A DNA stretch of 38,809 nt from a virus. Its lineage: Duplodnaviria; Caudoviricetes. Under the pieces are notes generated by a model that had not been told where the DNA came from, did no database searches, and worked only from the letters and a program-made list of their open reading frames with translations. Shown piece by piece: positions 26,201-34,663 of the stretch. The stretch lies in the IMG/VR virus record IMGVR_UViG_3300033067_002286, positions 1-38,809 of that record; one strand, written 5' to 3'. The first letter of the stretch is position 1. Each line of letters starts with the position of its first letter. A program made the translations under genes and the position numbers.

Positions 26201-27901
26201 ATGACCCAGCCGGTATCGTCCAAAGGAATCTATTCTGACAAAGCCAAGCGTCACTACCTCACTGCCGATCTGCCCGCAGAGCTCCAGCAGCTCTGGACAG
26301 ATGCGCGCCACTGGCGCAGCGTCAAGGGCAATGAAAAAGTGTGGTGGCATAGCCGAATGCCCGGCGACGCTAGTTCACCGCTGCTGAACTTCAAATACCC
26401 AATTGGAGCAAAGCTGTCCGACGACAGAGCCAAGTTCAGCGCTTCTAAAAACACTATGCTGGCTTGCTGGCAGCGCCTTAAGGCCAAGACCAAGCCGGCT
26501 GTCATTCCTCCGGCTGCCACTGCGCCGCTGCCTGCTAATACGACTGTGAGTCAGGGGCAGCCCGTCACTTCTCCCGCGCCGACACCGGCGCTTGACGCGG
26601 CGCGCAAGCACAATCTAATTGGTCCGCGTGTGAGCAGTACTGAGTATATGTGTCTGTGTCCCTGGCGTGCAGAGCATAAGACCGGTGGACAGCAGAACGG
26701 CATCCACGATCAAAGCACACAGGTCGGACCGAATAGCTTTCACTGCCGGCATGGCTCGTGCCAGGGCAAGCGCTACGCGGCTGAGTTCCTGGCGGCGCTG
26801 AATCCACCGGAAGTGCCGAAGGTAAGCGCGGCGACGCAGGTGATTTTAGTCATCGACAACAGCATCAGCATGAGGGAAAGCAACAAGCACGCTGCAGCGC
26901 GCAAGCAGATTCAGCTTATCTGCGATCAGCTGCGCAACAATATGCCGCAGTGGGCAGTTAAAGTGTTGTTCTTTGGCCGTAGCGTATCATATGCGTTTAC
27001 CGGCGAAGCGAAGTTGCTGCCACTGCTTCATGAACGTTATCACCCGAATGAGGGCGCAACGCGGCTGTACGATGCGGTGGGGACGGCAGCCGTGGCGGCG
27101 CTTGGTGTCAGCATCCCGTCGCTGATCTATTTGATCACTGATGGCGAACCGGCCGGATACGTAATGACCGCTATTGCGTCCCATCGTTCCATCGCTGCGG
27201 CGCGGGTCAAAGAGGCGCTTGACTCCAAGCGTGTCACAATGATTTGTGTTGGTCCGCCGACTGCGACGGCGTTCTTCGAGTCCTGTGGTATTCCCGGCGG
27301 CGTAGATGGCTGCATTCGAAGCTGGGACGGCTACGACGCAAAGGATCTGGACAAGATCACCGGACAGGTGAGCGAAGGGCTCAAGTCCTACGCTGCAGCG
27401 CGCGAAGCTGGCGAGACGCAGATAAAGAAGTTCTTCGTTGACGGCCGAAAGCTGGAAGCGCGCTTGCATGAGCTCATCGACATCACGGCGCTGTGTAAGG
27501 TGCTGCGCGTTGACCGCGAATGCGTACTGCAGCCATTCGTTGAAGATAGCGGCCACAAGTTCGTCCCCGGCGCGAACTTCTACCCACTCACCAAGAAAGA
27601 AACGCTGCGGCCGAACCGCGCAATTCTGGTACGGCCGAAGCTTGGGCATCCCATGCCTTCATTAGTGGTCAACAACATTCCCACACGACGTATTTTCTCT
27701 GGTCCGAATGTGCGCGAAGTGCTCGGACTGCCGACAGACCGCGAAGTGACAGTTGAGCCCGGTGATATGGGCAACTTGGAGCTGTTCCTTGAGAGCTCCA
27801 GCCATAACCGCCTGCTGGTGCGCGCCACTGATCTTATCGTTCGTCTCGACGTGCAGCCGCAAGCTCACACCTGGGCCAAGCCGCAGCCGCAGTCGAACTA
27901 G
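26201..27901 (+). CDS. multidomain protein: N-terminal domain, primase-type Zn finger, vWA domain, C-terminal domain
   Basis: CPWRAEH...FHCRHGSC; MIDAS motifs VIDNSISM, TRLYDAVG and ITDGE; C-terminal FYPLTKKE..LGLP..SSSHNR. Confidence 0.75.
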   Translation: MTQPVSSKGIYSDKAKRHYLTADLPAELQQLWTDARHWRSVKGNEKVWWHSRMPGDASSPLLNFKYPIGAKLSDDRAKFSASKNTMLACWQRLKAKTKPAVIPPAATAPLPANTTVSQGQPVTSPAPTPALDAARKHNLIGPRVSSTEYMCLCPWRAEHKTGGQQNGIHDQSTQVGPNSFHCRHGSCQGKRYAAEFLAALNPPEVPKVSAATQVILVIDNSISMRESNKHAAARKQIQLICDQLRNNMPQWAVKVLFFGRSVSYAFTGEAKLLPLLHERYHPNEGATRLYDAVGTAAVAALGVSIPSLIYLITDGEPAGYVMTAIASHRSIAAARVKEALDSKRVTMICVGPPTATAFFESCGIPGGVDGCIRSWDGYDAKDLDKITGQVSEGLKSYAAAREAGETQIKKFFVDGRKLEARLHELIDITALCKVLRVDRECVLQPFVEDSGHKFVPGANFYPLTKKETLRPNRAILVRPKLGHPMPSLVVNNIPTRRIFSGPNVREVLGLPTDREVTVEPGDMGNLELFLESSSHNRLLVRATDLIVRLDVQPQAHTWAKPQPQSN

Positions 27902-27928
27902 ACACCGCCTGAGCGTCTCTGTTACGAT
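27899..27928 (+). promoter_or_regulatory. putative promoter of the purZ operon
   Basis: TAGACA-18-TACGAT with TGn. Confidence 0.45.
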
Positions 27929-27975
27929 CTTCTTATCCCTTCCGTTCTCTGCAACACCTTTCAAAGGCAGCTTCA

Positions 27976-29667
27976 ATGCGAAATCCCTTGATTGTCGTTC
28001 TGTCTGGCCCTATCGCGGTCGGCAAGTCCACTCTGTCTGCAGCGCTTGTTGAGCGCTTCGGTTTTTACTGCGTCAAAACTCGTTCGCTGCTCAAGCAGCT
28101 CGCAAACGATCGCGGCTCTGATCAGTTGACGCGCGCTGAGCTCCAGCACGGCGGCGCTGACCTAGATAAGCGCACCGACGGCGCATGGATTGCGGACGCG
28201 CTGAATAAGTCTGGTATGTGCAACGCAGTGCCAATTATCGTCGATTCGGTTCGTACTGCTGAGCAGATCGCCCACATTCGTCGCATGAACGGTAGTGTTA
28301 CCGGCGCTGTAAATGTAAAACACGTGCACATCACTGCGTCGCATGCTATTTTGGAAGAGCGCTTTATCATACGTCGTCGTGAGGCGGTTCAGCACGAAAA
28401 GCCTTGTTTAGATGGAACGGGAGGTGGAAGTAACCCGCTGACATTTGATCGGGCCATGATTGGTGAGCCTATTGATGAGCTCGATGGCACGTTGGAGCGC
28501 ATCGCCGACGTTTGCATAGACACTACGCGTCTGCAGCCAGAAGATATCGCCGTGCGCGTCGCCGCTGCGCTCGGGCTATACAATAACCACGATCGGCTGG
28601 TAGACGTGCTGGTGGGCGGCCAGTGGGGCTCCGAGGGCAAAGGACAAGTCAGCGGCTATCTTGCGCCGGAATATGACGTACTCGTGCGCGTCGGCGGACC
28701 AAACGCTGGTCACAAGGTCTACGAGCTGCCTAAGCCGTACACTTTCTATCATCTGCCCAGCGGAACGCGATGCAATCGCCGCGCACAGATCGTACTTGGC
28801 CCCGGCGCTGTGCTCGGACTGCCGAAGCTGATGGAGGAAATCTCTGACTGCGCGCTATCTGGCAGCGGTCGGCTGTTCATCGATCCTCAGGCTATGGTGA
28901 TCGACGCAGCGGACGTGAATATGGAAAACCACGTCGGCAGTGCTGTGGCGGCCATCGGCAGCACAGGTCAAGGTGTTGGTGCGGCGACAGCGCGCAAGGC
29001 GCTGCGCAGCATGGCCGCGTCTGAGTTCGGTTGTCCGGTGCAGCTCGCTCGCGACGTTCCGGGGCTAAAAGAATTTATTCGGCCGACTCTCGAAGTACTC
29101 GATCGCGCTTTCGCGGCTGGTAAGCGCGTGTTCCTTGAAGGCACGCAGGGTACTTCGCTGTCGCTTCATCACGGCGCGTATCCTTACGTCACTTCGCGCG
29201 ATACTACGGTGTCTGGCACGCTGTCCGACGCCGGTATTTCTCCACTGCGTGTGCGCAAGTCGATCATGGTGTGCCGCAGCTATCCCATCCGTGTAAAGTC
29301 CGTTGAAAACACCAGCGGGCCAATGGGACAGGAGATCGACTTCCAGGAAGTTGCGCGTCGCTCGGGTTTTGACGGCGACACGCTGGTACAGCTGGAGAAA
29401 ACCACAACGACCAAGCGCAATCGCCGCGTTGCTGAGTTCAATTGGGCGGAGTTCCGCCGCAGCGTGTCGCTCAACGGTCCGACGGATATTGCGCTGACCT
29501 TTGCCGACTATTATGGCAAGGATAACCAGCAGGCGCGGCGTTATGAGCAGCTCAATGCCGAAGCGCAGCGCCAGATTGAGGCGATGGAGCAAGTCAGCGG
29601 TGCGCCGGTGTCGCTCATTGCTACGCGCTTTCATTTCCGCTCGATCGTCGATCGGCGTCACTGGTAA
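27976..29667 (+). CDS. purZ: P-loop NMP-kinase domain fused to PurZ/PurZ0-like adenylosuccinate synthetase
   Basis: N-terminal SGPIAVGKST and IIVDSVR. C-terminal GGQWGSEGKG (Ser for PurA Asp13), NAGH, IGSTGQGVG, EGTQG..LSL, YPYVTSRD, YPIRV, TTTTKRNRR and TFAD. Confidence 0.85.
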   Translation: MRNPLIVVLSGPIAVGKSTLSAALVERFGFYCVKTRSLLKQLANDRGSDQLTRAELQHGGADLDKRTDGAWIADALNKSGMCNAVPIIVDSVRTAEQIAHIRRMNGSVTGAVNVKHVHITASHAILEERFIIRRREAVQHEKPCLDGTGGGSNPLTFDRAMIGEPIDELDGTLERIADVCIDTTRLQPEDIAVRVAAALGLYNNHDRLVDVLVGGQWGSEGKGQVSGYLAPEYDVLVRVGGPNAGHKVYELPKPYTFYHLPSGTRCNRRAQIVLGPGAVLGLPKLMEEISDCALSGSGRLFIDPQAMVIDAADVNMENHVGSAVAAIGSTGQGVGAATARKALRSMAASEFGCPVQLARDVPGLKEFIRPTLEVLDRAFAAGKRVFLEGTQGTSLSLHHGAYPYVTSRDTTVSGTLSDAGISPLRVRKSIMVCRSYPIRVKSVENTSGPMGQEIDFQEVARRSGFDGDTLVQLEKTTTTKRNRRVAEFNWAEFRRSVSLNGPTDIALTFADYYGKDNQQARRYEQLNAEAQRQIEAMEQVSGAPVSLIATRFHFRSIVDRRHW

Positions 29668-29767
29668 CAACGGCTTTGCACGGGAGACAGGCGCTGCGGT
29701 AGGACAGGCTGATATAGCTGGCGGACTGCCGCAGCGTCTCCCGTGTAAAGAGAAATGGCAAGAAACT

Positions 29768-30196
29768 ATGTTGAACGGATGGGCAAAGAAGATTGCAGCA
29801 GTGCTTGATATTCCCGAACATATCCGTGCGGAGATTATGGGCGTAGACTGTCCAGCACATTTAACGATCGGTGCAATGCAGCGCGCCTTGAACGGCGAAA
29901 ATGTTGCGCCTTGGTTGGGACCAACTTGGGCCAAACTATATGCATCAGCAATCGCCAAACTTACAGTTCATAACTGGCGCATTGAAAGCAGTCTGGCACA
30001 TGAGACGCGCGAGAGCTGCAACGGGCATTGCCAGGCAACTTGTCGGCGCGATAAGCGTACAGGACTGCTGATTGCGTTCGACGCGGAAGGTCAAAAGCCG
30101 CGCCAAGATGCTTACTGGTTTAATACAACTCGTTCGGAACTGCAAGGAGAGTCTGGTACAGTTCAAGACTTAACGCCGCTTGGTGAAATATGGTAG
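29768..30196 (+). CDS. hypothetical protein
   Basis: ORF between purZ and the kinase genes; overlaps the next start. Confidence 0.55.
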   Translation: MLNGWAKKIAAVLDIPEHIRAEIMGVDCPAHLTIGAMQRALNGENVAPWLGPTWAKLYASAIAKLTVHNWRIESSLAHETRESCNGHCQATCRRDKRTGLLIAFDAEGQKPRQDAYWFNTTRSELQGESGTVQDLTPLGEIW

Positions 30197-30798
30197 CACA
30201 GCCATGTATTTATGTCTGCGGCGCAGAGGGAACAGGTAAAACCGATTGGACAGGACGCATTGCGCGCAATTACAAGCTGCTAATGCTTCCAGAGACTGCG
30301 CGCATTGAGCTTGATTGCCGTGGGGGTTCCTTTGGCCCTCTACTGAGCAATCCGACGGCTATGAATGATTATCAACGCGCGGTGTTTGACCGACAGATCG
30401 CGCTAGAGCTCGCAACGACGCCAGCCTATGTCGCCGACGGGCATTGTTTGGAAAACCTCGCTTATGCCTCTGAGAACGCGCAATGCGTAGCCGACTTGTA
30501 TCAACAATTCGTGCGCGACTTGGACAGTTACCAGCGTGAATTCGAAGTGCTTACACGCCTGCGCAACGGTGTTGTGTTTTTCCTTCGACCGCACCCAAGC
30601 ATGAACGCGCAAGATGGAATCCGTATTGGCGCGGACTACGTAGCCAAGCAGCGCATCGATGCAAAGCTTGAGCTGCTGATGCAGTTGTGGGGCGTTCAGT
30701 ATGTGTCTATAGAAACACCGAATGCAGCGCGGCGTGAAGAACTCATCGACTACGTACTTGCGGCGAAAGGATTTAAGAAATGCCCGTCCATATCCTAA
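30190..30798 (+). CDS. P-loop nucleotide kinase-like (AAA_28/NadR/Ttd14-like)
   Basis: GAEGTGKT, LPETAR, VADG and DGIR motifs. Confidence 0.75.
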   Translation: MVAQPCIYVCGAEGTGKTDWTGRIARNYKLLMLPETARIELDCRGGSFGPLLSNPTAMNDYQRAVFDRQIALELATTPAYVADGHCLENLAYASENAQCVADLYQQFVRDLDSYQREFEVLTRLRNGVVFFLRPHPSMNAQDGIRIGADYVAKQRIDAKLELLMQLWGVQYVSIETPNAARREELIDYVLAAKGFKKCPSIS

Positions 30799-31364
30799 CA
30801 GCGTCATGGAAAGGTTCGCTTACCTGGGCCGGCGAGCGTGAAGCGTGGCTCAAGCAGCACTTCGATCTGGACTACAACGATATCACGTTCAGCCATGCCA
30901 AACACAAGGTGCACGGCGACATCTTCATCGACGACAAGCCGAGTTCGCTTGAGCTATGGCAGGCGCGGCATCCAAACGGTGTAGCACTGTTGTGGAAGGA
31001 CGTGTGGAATAGGCCGCATCACAGTAACTGGCCCGGCGCTGACAACTGGCCACACATGATAGAAGAGATCACCTTTCAAGGATACCAGCGCACCAATCGA
31101 TTGAGTGAACTCGAAATTCTTCTTGACTGTGACGGTCCGCTGTCGGACTTCTTTGGCGCAGCTATGAGCTGGCTATACCGCGAGTATTTGGACTACGCCG
31201 CGATGAAATGGCAACCGCAGCCCGAGCATTGGGCGGTTCAAGATTCACTTCCGCCGGAGCGCGCAGCGGCGTTGAATGCGGCTTGTATGCAGCCAGGCTT
31301 TTGCGCTTCACTTGGACTTGTCGAAGGCGCACAAGCAGCAGTTAAATACCTAAGGAGTTTGTGA
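30780..31364 (+). CDS. 5'(3')-deoxyribonucleotidase (NT5C-type HAD), circularly permuted
   Basis: ILTAS, WLKQHF, K...GDIFIDD and WN come first; motif I LLDCDG and the cap (PGFCASL..VEGA) follow in the C-terminal half. Confidence 0.8.
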   Translation: MPVHILTASWKGSLTWAGEREAWLKQHFDLDYNDITFSHAKHKVHGDIFIDDKPSSLELWQARHPNGVALLWKDVWNRPHHSNWPGADNWPHMIEEITFQGYQRTNRLSELEILLDCDGPLSDFFGAAMSWLYREYLDYAAMKWQPQPEHWAVQDSLPPERAAALNAACMQPGFCASLGLVEGAQAAVKYLRSL

Positions 31365-32068
31365 TGTTGGCATACAACCCTAAGCGGCGGTGCACCGCGG
31401 ACGGTGTACCAATGAACCGACTTATCATTGGCATTGGCGGACTGAAGCGTAGCGGCAAGGATGAGCTGGCACGAGCGATCATCAGTCACGCACGACAGAA
31501 TGGCGTCATTCTGTGGAACATTGCTTTTGCTGACGCGCTCCGTGATACCGCCGCTGCGGCTTACGGCGTTCCGGTGAATGAGTTCAGCAGCGACCAGCTC
31601 AAAGATGAAGTACACCCGGCGTGGGGTATTACGCGACGGCAGATGCTTATCAATCTCGGCGTACCTGCAACGCTGCTTCCGCCAGCTGGTGCTGATCATT
31701 GGGTCCGCCGTTGGCAGCAAAGCCTTTCAGATCTTCCCATGAACACTAGCGGCGTTATCGCGGCGGACATTCGGCGCACGAATGAGGCCGCGGCGGTGCA
31801 CGACATGGGCGGCGTGAATATTCTGGTGCGGCGTCCAGGCATCACGTGGAACGGTCACATCACTGAGAAATTGTCTTGGCTTGCATCGACGGCGCGCGGC
31901 AGTTATAATTATGGAGATGCTGCATTGCATGAAATGGGCTCTGCCGGGCAACGATCAACCCGTCCGGTGTTTGACCTGGTTATCGATAATGATGGCAGCG
32001 TTTCAGACCTTCATGCAAAAGCATCGCAGTTGTACAAGGCGGTGCTTGATGTCAGGAGACACTGTTAA
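31361..32068 (+). CDS. deoxynucleoside monophosphate kinase (T4 gp1/T5 Dnk-like)
   Basis: IGIGGLKRSGKD, FADALR, T.RQML..LG, DIRRTNEA and DLVIDNDG. Confidence 0.88.
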   Translation: MMLAYNPKRRCTADGVPMNRLIIGIGGLKRSGKDELARAIISHARQNGVILWNIAFADALRDTAAAAYGVPVNEFSSDQLKDEVHPAWGITRRQMLINLGVPATLLPPAGADHWVRRWQQSLSDLPMNTSGVIAADIRRTNEAAAVHDMGGVNILVRRPGITWNGHITEKLSWLASTARGSYNYGDAALHEMGSAGQRSTRPVFDLVIDNDGSVSDLHAKASQLYKAVLDVRRHC

Positions 32069-32339
32069 TTCCAGCAACCCTGTAGTGCCCAAGAAAACCC
32101 GTCCCGGTTCTTTTGCCGCATTCCTCCAAGCCGTTCGCCTCGCCGGCAGCGGCACCGAACAAGCAGAGACAGCCCTACAGAAAGAGAAGTTCCGCGCTGG
32201 CGCTGCTGGTATGTCGCGCGAAGCTATCGACAGCGTTTGGCAGCGCATGCGCCGCTTTGGCTTGTGGCTGCAGGGCGACGGCGAGCCAGTGGCATTGACT
32301 CCCAAAGGCTTGCTGTGGTTAAATGAACGTACAGCTTAG
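32049..32339 (+). CDS. hypothetical protein, possible winged helix
   Basis: C-terminal ALTPKGL..L motif; fits operon packing. Confidence 0.5.
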   Translation: MSGDTVNSSNPVVPKKTRPGSFAAFLQAVRLAGSGTEQAETALQKEKFRAGAAGMSREAIDSVWQRMRRFGLWLQGDGEPVALTPKGLLWLNERTA

Positions 32340-32529
32340 ACGCGGTGCGCAGGTGTGGGACTCAGTTGGGCACGCCGCGCAGACCGGATTCGCTCGTACG
32401 CTAGAACTGGATGGCGAGCGTAACCGCATAGGACTTCAGCCGGTGCGATGCACTCAGACACGAAGACAAGGCTTTGTCTGGCCTGAAGACATCGCTAAGG
32501 TGCTGGACGATGAAAGGAAGGTCAGGTAA
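32323..32529 (+). CDS. small hypothetical protein
   Basis: 68 aa ORF overlapping its neighbours. Confidence 0.5.
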   Translation: MNVQLRRGAQVWDSVGHAAQTGFARTLELDGERNRIGLQPVRCTQTRRQGFVWPEDIAKVLDDERKVR

Positions 32530-32666
32530 TGGAAATTATTATAGCGCTACAGCGCGGGGGTATGATTCCATGGGCTCCCAAGCCACGGAAGCCCAAGCAC
32601 GGACGCAAAGCCAAGAAAGGTCAACCTCTTGGAGGGCGCGGCGGTCGAGCGTATCGTGCGCGATGA
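32529..32666 (+). CDS. 45-aa highly basic peptide (below ORF-track cutoff)
   Basis: MEIIIALQRGGMIPWAPKPRKPKHGRKAKKGQPLGGRGGRAYRAR; TAATG overlap upstream and ATGA overlap downstream. Confidence 0.5.
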   Translation: MEIIIALQRGGMIPWAPKPRKPKHGRKAKKGQPLGGRGGRAYRAR

Positions 32667-33100
32667 ACGCCGAACGGCGCGTATATAAGGCCGCAGCTAA
32701 ACGACTGGCTAAAACTATCGGCCAGCACATGGCGCAAGCGCTGGAGGCGGAAGCTGAGTTCGGCCATATCGGCGGACAGGCTGCGGCGCATCGTGAGCTG
32801 GCGTCGCGGCTATCGGCCGTGCTAGAGGGGCTGAAAAAGCAACTCGAAACCCCAGGTACACCGTCAGCGCCTAAGAGCCCGCCGGCTTTGACCTATGAAG
32901 AGACTATCGAGGCGCTGCGCGAAGAGCTGCCGAAGCTCAGCCCCGGTGCGATGCCTACCTGCATCGAAGTTGCGTTGTATCTTCAAGAGCGCAAGTACGA
33001 CGACGCGAATCAAAAGTTGCATAGCTGGGCTTGGCAATCGGCCGCAGTGCCGCTCGCAAATCGCGTTGCGCAGTTTATCCAGAGTCTGATGAAGAGCTAG
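32663..33100 (+). CDS. hypothetical helical protein
   Basis: Start set by the ATGA overlap (MNAERRVYK). Confidence 0.55.
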   Translation: MNAERRVYKAAAKRLAKTIGQHMAQALEAEAEFGHIGGQAAAHRELASRLSAVLEGLKKQLETPGTPSAPKSPPALTYEETIEALREELPKLSPGAMPTCIEVALYLQERKYDDANQKLHSWAWQSAAVPLANRVAQFIQSLMKS

Positions 33101-33232
33101 TTCTTAGCTTTTCAAGTTCACCTCAACGCGGAGATAGACATGTACGGGTTTTTTAGCCTGGTCCTTGCCCTTTGTATATCTTGTACGACTGGCCCGACGG
33201 GAGAGCTTAAATGGGATGCCACCATCGGAAGC

Positions 33233-34105
33233 ATGGGCGTTCCGCAGTCACCTTCAGCTACACCTACCTATCCGACAACAATCACACCGCCGGTTGACGG
33301 TGATCCACTTTCTGCGCCGCAGCTTAATATTGATGTTGAGACCAAGCTGCAAAACGGCGTCGAAGCCGCGCGCCTGCAGAACTACGGCGGCGGTATTCAG
33401 CGCCGTGTGAAGTGTACAGGCAGTGGCGCTGGTGCGCTCACCATTCAGCCCCTCGGTGCTATTGCAGTCACCGTCGCTGGACAATGGACGGTGTTTCCTG
33501 ACCTAACTGGCTCGGCGAGCGAACGCGTGACTTCCGGAGCGCTGAACCCTACTACGCTTGCTGGCGGCGCGTTGGTGGTCAGTACGCGCTACTGGATCTA
33601 TGCTTTCGGCAGCGGCGGCAAGATCGATTTCATCGCTTCGACTGTTGCGCCCGATGCCGGACTACGCTATAGCTCCGCACCGAGCACTGACTACTTGTAC
33701 GTGAGTACGTTCTGGGTTGACGCTGCTGGCAATATCGCTACGTACAATCAGTCGGGTAATAAATACACCTTCCGTACTATAGATACCCCTAATAGCGTGC
33801 TTACATTAGGTGCAGCTACAGTTAAGACAACAGTAAATGCGCCTCCGGTGCCGAACCAAGCAAGTGAATTTCAACTTTATTGCATTCCATCATCTGCAGC
33901 TGACCATATTGTAACATTTTACGGTACTGGCCTCGCAGCATTCGCTGAAGAAGTGGCGGTTAATGTTACCGGGCTAACTTCTCCTTATACACGGGTTATT
34001 ACAATTCCAGTCGTCACCGCTACCGCTTCATTCGACTATGTATGGTCAGGTGCTCCGGGCGGTGGTAACGGCATGACTTGTGTTGTAAAGAGCTTTACTC
34101 TTTAG
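33233..34105 (+). CDS. probable tail/baseplate-associated structural protein
   Basis: Thr/Gly/Val-rich; TRYWIYA..DF..STVAP..YLYVSTF.VD..GNI pattern seen in tail proteins. Start placed at CACCATC-N6-ATG (alternative start 33140). Confidence 0.6.
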   Translation: MGVPQSPSATPTYPTTITPPVDGDPLSAPQLNIDVETKLQNGVEAARLQNYGGGIQRRVKCTGSGAGALTIQPLGAIAVTVAGQWTVFPDLTGSASERVTSGALNPTTLAGGALVVSTRYWIYAFGSGGKIDFIASTVAPDAGLRYSSAPSTDYLYVSTFWVDAAGNIATYNQSGNKYTFRTIDTPNSVLTLGAATVKTTVNAPPVPNQASEFQLYCIPSSAADHIVTFYGTGLAAFAEEVAVNVTGLTSPYTRVITIPVVTATASFDYVWSGAPGGGNGMTCVVKSFTL

Positions 34106-34112
34106 GAGCTTC

Positions 34113-34343
34113 ATGTACCACGTTACATACAAACTGCCTGGGTATCCGTCGTTACAGGTCGAGCGATTCAGTGAGCTGACAGCGGCGGAAGCGCGGTACG
34201 ATGAGTTGGCAGGCAACACCGACGTGTTCGAGCTGTCTCAGCCGTTTATTCCAGACACCGCAGCGCCCACGGCGGAAGTAGTGACGGTGCATACGGAAAT
34301 CGAAGTCCCGCTCGATCCGCCGCCTGAGCCGTCTGAGAACTAG
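34113..34343 (+). CDS. small acidic hypothetical protein
   Basis: AGGAG RBS; 76 aa. Confidence 0.6.
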   Translation: MYHVTYKLPGYPSLQVERFSELTAAEARYDELAGNTDVFELSQPFIPDTAAPTAEVVTVHTEIEVPLDPPPEPSEN

Positions 34344-34356
34344 CACCATCTGAGGC

Positions 34357-34662
34357 ATGCGATACTTCGCCGTCCTAGGACTTCTTTTCACCGCCTGCCC
34401 AACGCCGCTGCGCACCCAGCAGACGCTTGCCGACAGAGTTCATCGCGCAACGGTGCAGTGCGTCGCTGCGCCCGCCGGGCCTCAGAAGGCCAAGAAATGC
34501 ACGGACGCACATCTGTGTCAGGTTGCGGCGAAAGACGCCGCGCAGGCGCTCCAGGACGTTCAAAAAGCTACAGCTAGCGGCGATACCGATGTAGCGGCGG
34601 AAGCTAAAGCCGCTGGTCTTTCAGTCCTTGCCGACGCTGCTTGCAAGCACGGAGGTTGGTAA
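34357..34662 (+). CDS. lipoprotein in lysis cassette (outer-membrane spanin-like candidate)
   Basis: Lipobox FTAC; helical body; CACCATC-N6-ATG upstream. Confidence 0.55.
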   Translation: MRYFAVLGLLFTACPTPLRTQQTLADRVHRATVQCVAAPAGPQKAKKCTDAHLCQVAAKDAAQALQDVQKATASGDTDVAAEAKAAGLSVLADAACKHGGW

Positions 34663-34663
34663 C

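Noticed and set aside
27976-29667. Ordinary host purA, i.e. a bacterial chromosome segment
   Set aside because: Asp13 is Ser, the domain is the short archaeal/PurZ type with a kinase fusion, and all neighbours are phage-like.
29065-29958. Long antisense ORFs (also 1139-1804, 2086-2790, 26987-27649)
   Set aside because: Shadow frames of GC-rich genes that have clear motifs on the opposite strand.
33140-33232. Lipoprotein-like N-terminal extension of the tail protein
   Set aside because: The conserved ACCATC-N6-ATG points to 33233, and a signal peptide is unlikely on a virion protein. Not fully excluded, because GGAG precedes 33140.
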